From an uncultured Syntrophomonadaceae bacterium (GTDB taxonomy: Bacteria > Bacillota > Dethiobacteria > PWVN01): 47,552 nt of DNA. Position 1 is the stretch's first letter. Each line of letters starts with the position of its first letter. The notes beneath the pieces are model-generated. The model had not been told where the DNA came from. It made no database searches and worked only from the letters and a program-made list of their open reading frames with translations. A program made the translations under genes and the position numbers. The DNA lies in contig CAZYHL010000001.1 in the NCBI GenBank assembly GCA_964646795.1, positions 1 to 47,552 of the forward strand. Direction: 5' to 3'. Below are positions 6,684 through 14,015 of the stretch, piece after piece.

Positions 6684-6734
6684 TGACTTAGCTAGAATTC
6701 TCCGAGTACCACACGACGAACTTTGGAAAGTTAG

Positions 6735-7190
6735 ATGAAGTCACTACTTCTTCTCCCATTCTTAGCAATTAATCTATTCGCAGGTGAAGTATGGCTAGCG
6801 TGGGATCCTTCTGAAACGTCAGAAGTTACTGGGTACAGAGTATATATAGGTACAGCTTCACGTAACTATTCTGGATTCAAAGATGCTGGAAACGCCCTCG
6901 AATACAAGGCCAAAGACCTTCCGAATGGAATAGTCCATTACTTCGCGGCGACCGCCTACGACGCCGACGGCAACGAAAGTGACTATTCCAATGAGGCCTC
7001 AACCAAAGTTATCACCTGCGACCTTAACAACGATAGTTCAGTAAATGTCCTTGATCTCCAGCTCATGATAAACCTTATCCAAACCAACCAGCTCACTCAA
7101 GCTCACGATCTTAACAAGGATAGTGTATTAAACATTCTAGATTTCCAAACTCTCATAAACGTCTTATCAGGAAAACAGTCGTGTCGATAG
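6735..7190 (+). CDS. secreted FN3 domain protein with C-terminal dockerin-like module
   Basis: Signal-peptide-like MKSLLLLPFLAINLFAGE. FN3 signature LAWDPSE..VTGYRVYIG...YFAATAYDADGNESDYSNE. Two dockerin-type repeats, DLNNDSSVNVLDLQLMINLI and DLNKDSVLNILDFQTLINVL. Confidence 0.7.
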   Translation: MKSLLLLPFLAINLFAGEVWLAWDPSETSEVTGYRVYIGTASRNYSGFKDAGNALEYKAKDLPNGIVHYFAATAYDADGNESDYSNEASTKVITCDLNNDSSVNVLDLQLMINLIQTNQLTQAHDLNKDSVLNILDFQTLINVLSGKQSCR

Positions 7191-7201
7191 GAAGTGAAAC
7201 T

Positions 7202-7474
7202 ATGGTCATAGCAAATGTTTCGTGTAGTGCAAACCCAGCTGAAGAAGCCATTACTGGGTATAACTTTTACCTCAACGGTGCAATCCAGGGAAACTCTCCC
7301 ATCCCTTCATTCACCATCGAGAATGTTCCTGCAGGGACTAATTCGTTTGAAGTCTCAGCTTTCAACCTCCTCGGGGAAGGTCCTAAGAGTGATCCATTCA
7401 TTCTGGCCGTCCCAGCAGGTGGGCCGTCCAAAACTGTCAATGTTCAAGTCACAGTGAGTGTAACCGTTTCCTAA
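7202..7474 (+). CDS. FN3/Ig-like domain protein (90 aa)
   Basis: ITGYNFYLNGA...FTIENVPAGTNSFEVSAFNLLGEGPKSDP. Start taken at the ATG at 7202 (the track gives GTG at 7181). Confidence 0.6.
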   Translation: MVIANVSCSANPAEEAITGYNFYLNGAIQGNSPIPSFTIENVPAGTNSFEVSAFNLLGEGPKSDPFILAVPAGGPSKTVNVQVTVSVTVS

Positions 7475-7788
7475 TGAAAACTATCCTGTTTGTCAATAAG
7501 GAAGTTGCTTCACTCCAATGTGACGTACTAACTTCAGGGAGGGTAACTTTGATAGTCGATGCAGCAAAAGAGAAATCAATCCAGGTTTCTCCCCTCCCTG
7601 ATGGTTTCATACGGATTATGGTATTCGGAATGAACCAGAATTTATTCTCTGGAGCTTTTGTTCACGTAGATGACTTCATCTCCTCTATCACCAATGTGGT
7701 GTGTGCAGATGCTAACGCTGGTAATGCTCACGCTGTTATTTCGAAGATATCGTCCCCAGCTAATGTTGTTGCTGAGACCGTTAAATAA
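7474..7788 (+). CDS. hypothetical beta-rich protein, tentatively cohesin-like (104 aa)
   Basis: The pattern LQCDVL..G.V / DGFIRIMVFGMNQNLFSGAFVHV / ITNVVCADANAGNAHAVI is reminiscent of cohesin beta-sandwich segments. This rests on eye-level similarity only. Confidence 0.3.
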   Translation: MKTILFVNKEVASLQCDVLTSGRVTLIVDAAKEKSIQVSPLPDGFIRIMVFGMNQNLFSGAFVHVDDFISSITNVVCADANAGNAHAVISKISSPANVVAETVK

Positions 7789-7799
7789 TTAAACGAACT
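7775..7799. repeat. degenerate PAL25 copy abutting the ATG at 7800
   Basis: agaccgttaaataattaaacgaact. The right arm and following bases (acgaactatgaa, 7793-7804) are repeated at 10683-10694. Confidence 0.5.
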
Positions 7800-8543
7800 A
7801 TGAAAATAGCCATTCACTCCATGATCCGAGATGCTTACAAGCCTTACCTAGACGAATGGCTTGCTCATCATAGGGCTTTAGGCATAGATCATTTCTTCAT
7901 CTATGATCATGATAGTGTAGAACCCTTAGCTAGAATTCTCAAAAATGCCTCAGATGTGACGGTAAAACCTATTCATGGCACACCTAGTGCAAACCTAGGC
8001 GTACATAAAACATCCTATTTAGACTTCCTTGGGCTCCTCAAAGAAGGCTACCTCCCTCATTATGATCGCGTAGCTTTCATAGACGAAGATGAGTTCATCA
8101 TCTGTTCAAATGGCAGCATAAAGGACACCTTAGCAAATTATCAAGACTGCCCTGCAATAGGCGTGAGTTGGCGCATCTTTGGCTCTTCAGGTGTGCAAAC
8201 AAGAACTCCCGAACTCCAAGCAAAGAAGTTCACTAAGCACACAAGTAGATTCTACCACTCCAACATCAATATGAAGAGTATAGTTAATCCTTACCTAGTA
8301 AAGGACTATCTATCCCCTCACTCATTTTCCTATCACTTAGGCAACGCAGTCAATGAGCATCACATAGTAATTCCATCACACTATACCTACCCCTCCTATG
8401 ACTACATCTGGATAAACCACTATTGGACACGTAGTAGGGAGGAATTCATAGTTAAAGCCGACAGAGGATTGGCTGATACAGGTGAGAAACGCGACTACTC
8501 AATGTTTGATGATGTAGAGATTAATTGTACAGAATCTATATGA
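7800..8543 (+). CDS. glycosyltransferase (GT2_4/GT92-like fold)
   Basis: YLDEWLAHHRALGIDHFFIYDHDS and FIDEDEFII (DxD-type) motifs, typical of this family. Confidence 0.65.
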   Translation: MKIAIHSMIRDAYKPYLDEWLAHHRALGIDHFFIYDHDSVEPLARILKNASDVTVKPIHGTPSANLGVHKTSYLDFLGLLKEGYLPHYDRVAFIDEDEFIICSNGSIKDTLANYQDCPAIGVSWRIFGSSGVQTRTPELQAKKFTKHTSRFYHSNINMKSIVNPYLVKDYLSPHSFSYHLGNAVNEHHIVIPSHYTYPSYDYIWINHYWTRSREEFIVKADRGLADTGEKRDYSMFDDVEINCTESI

Positions 8544-10666
8544 AGACACTATTAATAGCCCTCTACCCTTATAACGCGCAAGGCCTTGATGCCTGGCTCG
8601 ATCATTCCTCTGGAATGACCTACACAGCTGCTAAAAACGCTGGATGTGACATAGACTTCCTCGACATGAAGTCCCTCCACAACGATGAACAACTCAAGTC
8701 AGCTATGCAAGGCTACGATCTCATCGCATTCGGCCTAAAAAGCTCATACTACCCATTAGGCATGAAAGTGATTCAATTCGCTAAAGCTCAAGGATCTAAA
8801 ACCATCGTAGGAGGATACCACGCTACTGCAGCTCCCGAGGAGCTTCTCGAAAACCCACTTATCGACTACGTCTTCCACAAAGAAAGTGAACTAACTTTCC
8901 CTCAATTTCTGCTTAACCCTGCCCAATTCCCCAGGGAAATCTTCGGCGAGTCTGTACAAAATTTGGACGAACTACCATTCATGGACCGTTCTATGTTCCG
9001 CAGTCCACTAGAACCAGTCCTTTCCTGGTGGCATGGCGGACAGAGGGCATTCATGACTTCCATCATCACTAGTCGTGGATGCCCTTATCGCTGTGCTTTC
9101 TGCCAGCCAATAGAAGATAATCACTTTGGGAAGAAACTTAGACGTAGGAGTGTAGATTCAGTAATTGAAGAACTTGCACTTCTCAAGTACTTATACAATC
9201 CAGACTGCTTAATGATCCATGATGATACCTTTCTACTCCAACGTAACTGGCTTGAAGAATTCATAGAGAAGTATCCTCAAATAGGTCTCCCTTTCTGGGC
9301 TGCGGGACGTGCAGATGGAATCATCAAGTATGAAGACTTGGTTCGTAAATTAGTAAATGTAGGCTGGGAACTCATCTCTGTCGGCTTCGAAAGTGGCTCT
9401 CAAAAAATCCTCAACAAGATGAAGAAGGATACCACTGTCGAGCAAAACCTCGAAGCTGCTCGCATCATCAAGTCCACTGGAGCAAAGATATATGCCAACT
9501 ATATGCTTGGCCTTCCTTGGGAAACCAAAGCAGATGTTCAAGCTACAATGTCCATGGCTGACGCCATCGATGCAGAGATGCCTTCATGGGCCTACTTCAC
9601 TCCCTACCCTGGCTGCGAACTTGCCAACGAGATCAACGAGAACAACTGGTCCCTCCTCGACCGAAACAACTACTATCGTCTTCCTTCAGGTGAAAAGGTA
9701 ACTAATGTCGACTACTCTTATCTTCTCTCGTGTCTTAGAGGATTCAGGGAATCCAGGCCTGCACTACTTACAGACATTATCATTCCAACCTATGAAAATG
9801 AACAACTCACAGTGGATTGCTTTGAATCTATCAAGGCTTCTACTACTCCAGGAACTTATCGAATCATCTGGGTGGACAACGGATCTAGAAACTTCGAGTT
9901 GGCTAAACGAGCTATTAGAGATATAGAGCATTTATCATACAGGTTTGACACTAATCAAGGTTTCGTAGTTGCAGTAAACAAAGGCCTCACTCTCAGCGAC
10001 GCACCTACAGTAATGCTCCTCAACAACGACACTCGCGTGTACAAAGGGTGGCTAGACAAACTCATTCGTATCCTCTGGTCCGACGAGAAGATTGGCATTG
10101 TAGGCCCACTAACAGGCTATGCACCTCCAAGCAAAGAAGACTCTCCTCATTGCCTTAATCTCCACAAAGATCTTCTCCCTCCTGAGGCTCGAGAGTGGAA
10201 CTTTGAAAAGCTTAATGAAGCATTAGAGAATGGCTACACTGGTCGTACTGCAGAAGCACCATTCGTAGCTTTCCTCGCAGCACTCATTCGTCGAGAAGTA
10301 ATCAACGTCATAGGCCCTCTTGACACCAACTTCAAACACGGAATGTGGGATGATGTTGACTATAATCGTAATGTAAGGAACATAGGCTACAAGTGCCTCT
10401 ATGCCCTTGACACAGTAATCTACCATCGTGGGCGCAGCACTTTTAACATGATAGAAAAAGAGGAAGGCTTCAATGTAGGCAAGCTCCTTGCCACAAACAA
10501 AGAGTACCTTGATCGCAAGTGGAATGATAACGTAGTGCTTGGTGTACCTAAGAAATCCATAACAGCTTCTCCAACTCTGAGCATACTAACTCGTCGTAAC
10601 TCCTGGCGAAGTCGTATAGAAAAGCCTAAATTCGTAACTGATTACGATAAGCCTAAAGACCTATAG
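8540..10666 (+). CDS. fusion protein: B12-binding-like domain + radical SAM core + GT2 glycosyltransferase (708 aa)
   Basis: ATGA overlap start. N-terminal Rossmann-like segment (DLIAFGLKSS...TIVGGYHATAAPEELL). CxxxCxxC cluster GCPYRCAFC (nt 9080-9103). C-terminal IIIPTYENE...IIWVDNGS...LLNNDT...WDDVDY GT2 motifs. Confidence 0.8.
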   Translation: MKTLLIALYPYNAQGLDAWLDHSSGMTYTAAKNAGCDIDFLDMKSLHNDEQLKSAMQGYDLIAFGLKSSYYPLGMKVIQFAKAQGSKTIVGGYHATAAPEELLENPLIDYVFHKESELTFPQFLLNPAQFPREIFGESVQNLDELPFMDRSMFRSPLEPVLSWWHGGQRAFMTSIITSRGCPYRCAFCQPIEDNHFGKKLRRRSVDSVIEELALLKYLYNPDCLMIHDDTFLLQRNWLEEFIEKYPQIGLPFWAAGRADGIIKYEDLVRKLVNVGWELISVGFESGSQKILNKMKKDTTVEQNLEAARIIKSTGAKIYANYMLGLPWETKADVQATMSMADAIDAEMPSWAYFTPYPGCELANEINENNWSLLDRNNYYRLPSGEKVTNVDYSYLLSCLRGFRESRPALLTDIIIPTYENEQLTVDCFESIKASTTPGTYRIIWVDNGSRNFELAKRAIRDIEHLSYRFDTNQGFVVAVNKGLTLSDAPTVMLLNNDTRVYKGWLDKLIRILWSDEKIGIVGPLTGYAPPSKEDSPHCLNLHKDLLPPEAREWNFEKLNEALENGYTGRTAEAPFVAFLAALIRREVINVIGPLDTNFKHGMWDDVDYNRNVRNIGYKCLYALDTVIYHRGRSTFNMIEKEEGFNVGKLLATNKEYLDRKWNDNVVLGVPKKSITASPTLSILTRRNSWRSRIEKPKFVTDYDKPKDL
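8949..8973. repeat. PAL25 copy inside the radical-SAM/GT2 CDS
   Basis: agtctgtacaaaatttggacgaact, coding ESVQNLDEL. Confidence 0.85.
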
Positions 10667-10689
10667 ATCCTCCAAAAATTGTACGAACT
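10665..10689. repeat. PAL25 copy (intergenic, CCTCC variant)
   Basis: agatcctccaaaaattgtacgaact. Its first two bases are the AG of the TAG stop at 10664-10666. The ATG at 10690 abuts the right end. Confidence 0.9.
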
Positions 10690-10827
10690 ATGAATAGATT
10701 CCTAGACACATTCAACAAGTTTCCAACCGACAAGCCTCAATATGCGGACTTCTACAATAGGATTTTCACAGGGATAAATCCAAAGATCATTCTTGAACAA
10801 AATATAGTAATGTTGAGGAAGAGATAG
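10690..10827 (+). CDS. 45-aa ORF, possibly the N-terminal remnant of a SAM-dependent methyltransferase
   Basis: MNRFLDTFNKFPTDKPQYADFYNRIFTGINPKIILEQNIVMLRKR resembles the GTDK..H.Y...Y...F......ILE start of LPS-cluster methyltransferases. The stop overlaps the terminase GTG (TAGTG). Confidence 0.35.
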   Translation: MNRFLDTFNKFPTDKPQYADFYNRIFTGINPKIILEQNIVMLRKR

Positions 10828-12386
10828 TGGAAGATAATCAACTTCAGGAAATCTTATACCAATGCAGTATATCCACCAGGATGACTGCTAAGACTTTCTT
10901 TCCTGAGCGGTTTAGTCTTCCATTTGCTCCAGCAATTCACGACAAGATCTTCTCTATGATCGACGATCCTACCCATCAAATGATAGCTATTGCCGCACCT
11001 CGTGGTTATGGGAAGACTTCTATTGATGCACTTGCGTTGCCTGCTAGATACATTATGTTCAGACTAGCCAACTTCATAGTCTACATCAACAAGTCTGAAA
11101 CTGCTGCAATTATGCAGACTGAGAACCTTCGTCGTGAATTAGTAACCAACAGAGACATCAAAGGCATCTTTGGTAATGTGCGAGTCAGGGCAACTTCCAA
11201 TGATGAGATGGAAGAGCAGTTTAGTAAAAAATCCTGGGTTGCATATGACACTATGGTACTCCCTCGAGGGGCAGGCCAGCAAGTTCGCGGAATCCTCTAC
11301 AAGAATTCTCGACCTTTACTATTCATCATTGACGACTTGGAAGATCCAGAACTTATAGAAAACAAGGATTATCGTGACAAGTTGTACCAGTGGCTCTATG
11401 CAGATGTTATCAAAGCAGTCCCACGTATAGGTCCTGATGCTAAACGGTGGAAAGTAATCTACATCGACACTCTCAAACACGAAGACTCTGTCCTCCAAAG
11501 GTTAATGGACTCACCTGACTGGCACTCCATTCGTCTCGAGGCTTGTGATGATAACTTCAAATCAACCGCTCCGGAATTCCTCAGCGATGAAGACATTGCT
11601 CTTGAATGGGACAAGCATGTCAACTCAGGACAAACAGATGTATTCTTTAGAGAGTTGCGCAATCTGCCGATTAGCACGAAGGACTCTGCATTCCAGCAAC
11701 AGTATTTTAAATACTACAATACACCACCTGAACGTACACTTAGAGCAGATATAGACCTTAAAGTTACTGATGCAGAACTTCAATACAACAAAGAAGTTGA
11801 AACAATAGTCATTGTTGACCCTGCCAAAACAGTCAAGATGAACTCTGCTGAATCAGCTGTCATAGGCATAGGCATCGACATAGCCAATGCTCGCCTTTAC
11901 ATCCGTGATGCTATATCGAAGAAAGTAATGCCTGATGAGCTTTACGACGAAGCCTTTGGAATGGCAATCCGCTTAGGGGCTAAAGTCATAGGCGTTGAAA
12001 CTACTGGCCTCGAAGAGTTCATCAAACAACCTTTCAAAAATGAGATGTTTCGCAGAGGGAAGTTCTTTGAGCTAGTGTGGCTCAAGGCGCGTGGTGGTAG
12101 CAAGAATGAAAAAGGCAAGATACTCCGCATTAGGGAGATGGTTCCTTATTATCGTCTAGGTTACATCTACCATAATGCCTCCTGTCCTGATGTGAAGAAG
12201 TTAGAACAGCAATTGCTTAAGTTTCCTCGTTCCAAACTACTGGATCTTATGGATGCTGAGGCTTACATCATAGAGATGCTCGAATTAGGCGAACGTTACT
12301 TTGCAACAACCAATACTGATGACCCCGAATCAGAGTTTAAAGAACTAGATTATGAAGATCCTGTGGAACGTTGGAGAATTGCATGA
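10827..12386 (+). CDS. terL: terminase large subunit
   Basis: Walker A AAPRGYGKTS and Walker B LLFIIDDLED, with a C-terminal nuclease-like half. GTG start. Confidence 0.9.
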   Translation: MEDNQLQEILYQCSISTRMTAKTFFPERFSLPFAPAIHDKIFSMIDDPTHQMIAIAAPRGYGKTSIDALALPARYIMFRLANFIVYINKSETAAIMQTENLRRELVTNRDIKGIFGNVRVRATSNDEMEEQFSKKSWVAYDTMVLPRGAGQQVRGILYKNSRPLLFIIDDLEDPELIENKDYRDKLYQWLYADVIKAVPRIGPDAKRWKVIYIDTLKHEDSVLQRLMDSPDWHSIRLEACDDNFKSTAPEFLSDEDIALEWDKHVNSGQTDVFFRELRNLPISTKDSAFQQQYFKYYNTPPERTLRADIDLKVTDAELQYNKEVETIVIVDPAKTVKMNSAESAVIGIGIDIANARLYIRDAISKKVMPDELYDEAFGMAIRLGAKVIGVETTGLEEFIKQPFKNEMFRRGKFFELVWLKARGGSKNEKGKILRIREMVPYYRLGYIYHNASCPDVKKLEQQLLKFPRSKLLDLMDAEAYIIEMLELGERYFATTNTDDPESEFKELDYEDPVERWRIA

Positions 12387-12604
12387 CAGAAGGCATAATC
12401 ATAGGAGTCACTGTGGCATTATTTACTGGAATGTTAGGCATTATTCTTGGAAGTAAGAAAAAAGTATCTGAAGAAGACTTTGGCAGGCACAAGTCAGATC
12501 CCTTCCCTCATCAGAATTGCGCAGTACATAAAAGCAAGATTGATGATATAAAGTCTCAATTAACTCACATGGATGGGAAACTTGATAAGTTGCTTGAACG
12601 ATAG
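12383..12604 (+). CDS. small N-terminally membrane-anchored protein (73 aa)
   Basis: Start revised to the ATG at 12383 (ATGA overlap). TEGIIIGVTVALFTGMLGIILG TM segment, then a coiled coil. Confidence 0.6.
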   Translation: MTEGIIIGVTVALFTGMLGIILGSKKKVSEEDFGRHKSDPFPHQNCAVHKSKIDDIKSQLTHMDGKLDKLLER

Positions 12605-12627
12605 TTCCTACAAAATTTGTACAAACT
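12603..12627. repeat. PAL25 copy (intergenic), at the left edge of the GC-rich island
   Basis: agttcctacaaaatttgtacaaact. Embeds the AG of the TAG stop at 12602-12604. Confidence 0.9.
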
Positions 12628-12723
12628 TATAAATTTATTAGTTATTGTTGTAAGCGACCCATGCAGGTAAATATTCATGAGCGCACTAATTGAGTCGGAA
12701 GAAGGAATGAGTCGGAGATAAAC

Positions 12724-13773
12724 ATGGCACTATTACACGTTGACGGCATCCCATACGATAGTCCAACGGCGGCAGCGCCGCGCAAATGGACCACCGTGTC
12801 CATATCAGGGTATGGATCTAATCTCACGGTACAGACATCTTCTGGCCGTTTTGGCGGTAGATGGTTGAATTTCAGCTGCTCTACATCCCAAACGGGCTCA
12901 TATGTTACGGCAGCAAAGACATTCGGCGGGACGTCATCGACTATAATAGCTCAGTTTGGCTATTTGCCGATTGTTAATAATGCAGGCACTATAAAATTGA
13001 TGCAGCTCAGAGATGGTACGGCCCCGCAAATAACACTGAATGACAACGCTGGGATATTGGAAGTGCGCAGAGGGGATTACAATGGGACTTTATTGGGCGC
13101 GGCGTCGTTGGCAATTTCAACAAATGTGTGGCACCAGATTGAAGTCAAGGCGGTCATAAACAACAGCGCTGGAAGCGTACTCATCAAGGTAGACGGGGTA
13201 ACGCTAATTGACATCAGCGGTGCCGATACCCAGGCAACGGCAAATGCATACGCTAATGGTATATCTTTCGAAGCATATGGGATGCATAGAAGATTCGGTC
13301 TGTCTGATTTAGTGGTAATGGATACGTCTGGAAGCTACTGCAACGACCTGCTTGGCTCGATAATAGTGGAGCTAAAATCACCTACTGGAGATGGGTATTA
13401 CCATGACTTTGTTCCCTTAACTGGCAGTGATAACTATGCCATGGTTGATGATTTGCCCCCGGATGATGACACTAGTTATAATACCGGGAGCGTAGGTGAT
13501 CGGGACACGTTCACCTTCGACGATATAGCTAATGTCTCCGCAACGATACATGGAGTGGCGTGTACAATGTTTGCAAAACTCAATGATGGAGGGTCTGCCT
13601 CCGTTAAGGGCATGGTGCGATCAAATGGAGTTGACGCGGAAGGCGCTGCTGTTGCGGTCCCGTCGTCTTATGATTTCCTGCAAGACTTCATTTATGTAGA
13701 CCCCAATACATCCCAGCCGTTCACGGTATCATCCCTGAATAGCGCTGAATTCGGATATAAGAGGGAATCATAA
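12724..13773 (+). CDS. hypothetical virion/fibre-associated protein (349 aa), GC-rich module
   Basis: ORF track. Beta-rich sequence (possibly a lectin/LamG-like jelly roll, unverified). Composition is clearly GC-richer than the genome. Confidence 0.6.
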   Translation: MALLHVDGIPYDSPTAAAPRKWTTVSISGYGSNLTVQTSSGRFGGRWLNFSCSTSQTGSYVTAAKTFGGTSSTIIAQFGYLPIVNNAGTIKLMQLRDGTAPQITLNDNAGILEVRRGDYNGTLLGAASLAISTNVWHQIEVKAVINNSAGSVLIKVDGVTLIDISGADTQATANAYANGISFEAYGMHRRFGLSDLVVMDTSGSYCNDLLGSIIVELKSPTGDGYYHDFVPLTGSDNYAMVDDLPPDDDTSYNTGSVGDRDTFTFDDIANVSATIHGVACTMFAKLNDGGSASVKGMVRSNGVDAEGAAVAVPSSYDFLQDFIYVDPNTSQPFTVSSLNSAEFGYKRES

Positions 13774-14015
13774 TGGCCGATGCCGATAAAGTGGTAATTA
13801 GCCAGGCGGTTGCTGAAGTGGTCCACGGAGGAGCGTCCTCTGATGCCAGGGTGTCTCAGTTTGTCATAGAGTTATTACAGCAGGTAGTGGATCTCAATGT
13901 TTCTATATCTACCCTTGCAATCGAAGTAATCCGCGACACCCCAACGACATCATTCAATCCATCGTGGCTCAGTTGCCATTCGCGAATAATCGGAGGAGGT
14001 TTAAATGTATCCTAG
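13773..14015 (+). CDS. hypothetical protein (80 aa), GC-rich module
   Basis: TAATG overlap start. Same composition as its neighbours. Confidence 0.6.
   Translation: MADADKVVISQAVAEVVHGGASSDARVSQFVIELLQQVVDLNVSISTLAIEVIRDTPTTSFNPSWLSCHSRIIGGGLNVS

Noticed and set aside
7800-10666. The glycosyltransferase cassette as a DNA base-glycosylation system
   Set aside because: No dNMP hydroxymethylase, TET/JBP-like dioxygenase or thymidylate-synthase homologue accompanies it. The neighbours are secreted/FN3 proteins. It is kept only as a low-probability alternative, testable by nucleoside LC-MS.
11488-11511. Possible extra PAL25 copy inside terL (ctgtcctccaaaggttaatggact)
   Set aside because: It is only 24 nt, the spacer contains G, and the arms match about 7 of 10 positions, so it is too degenerate to count.
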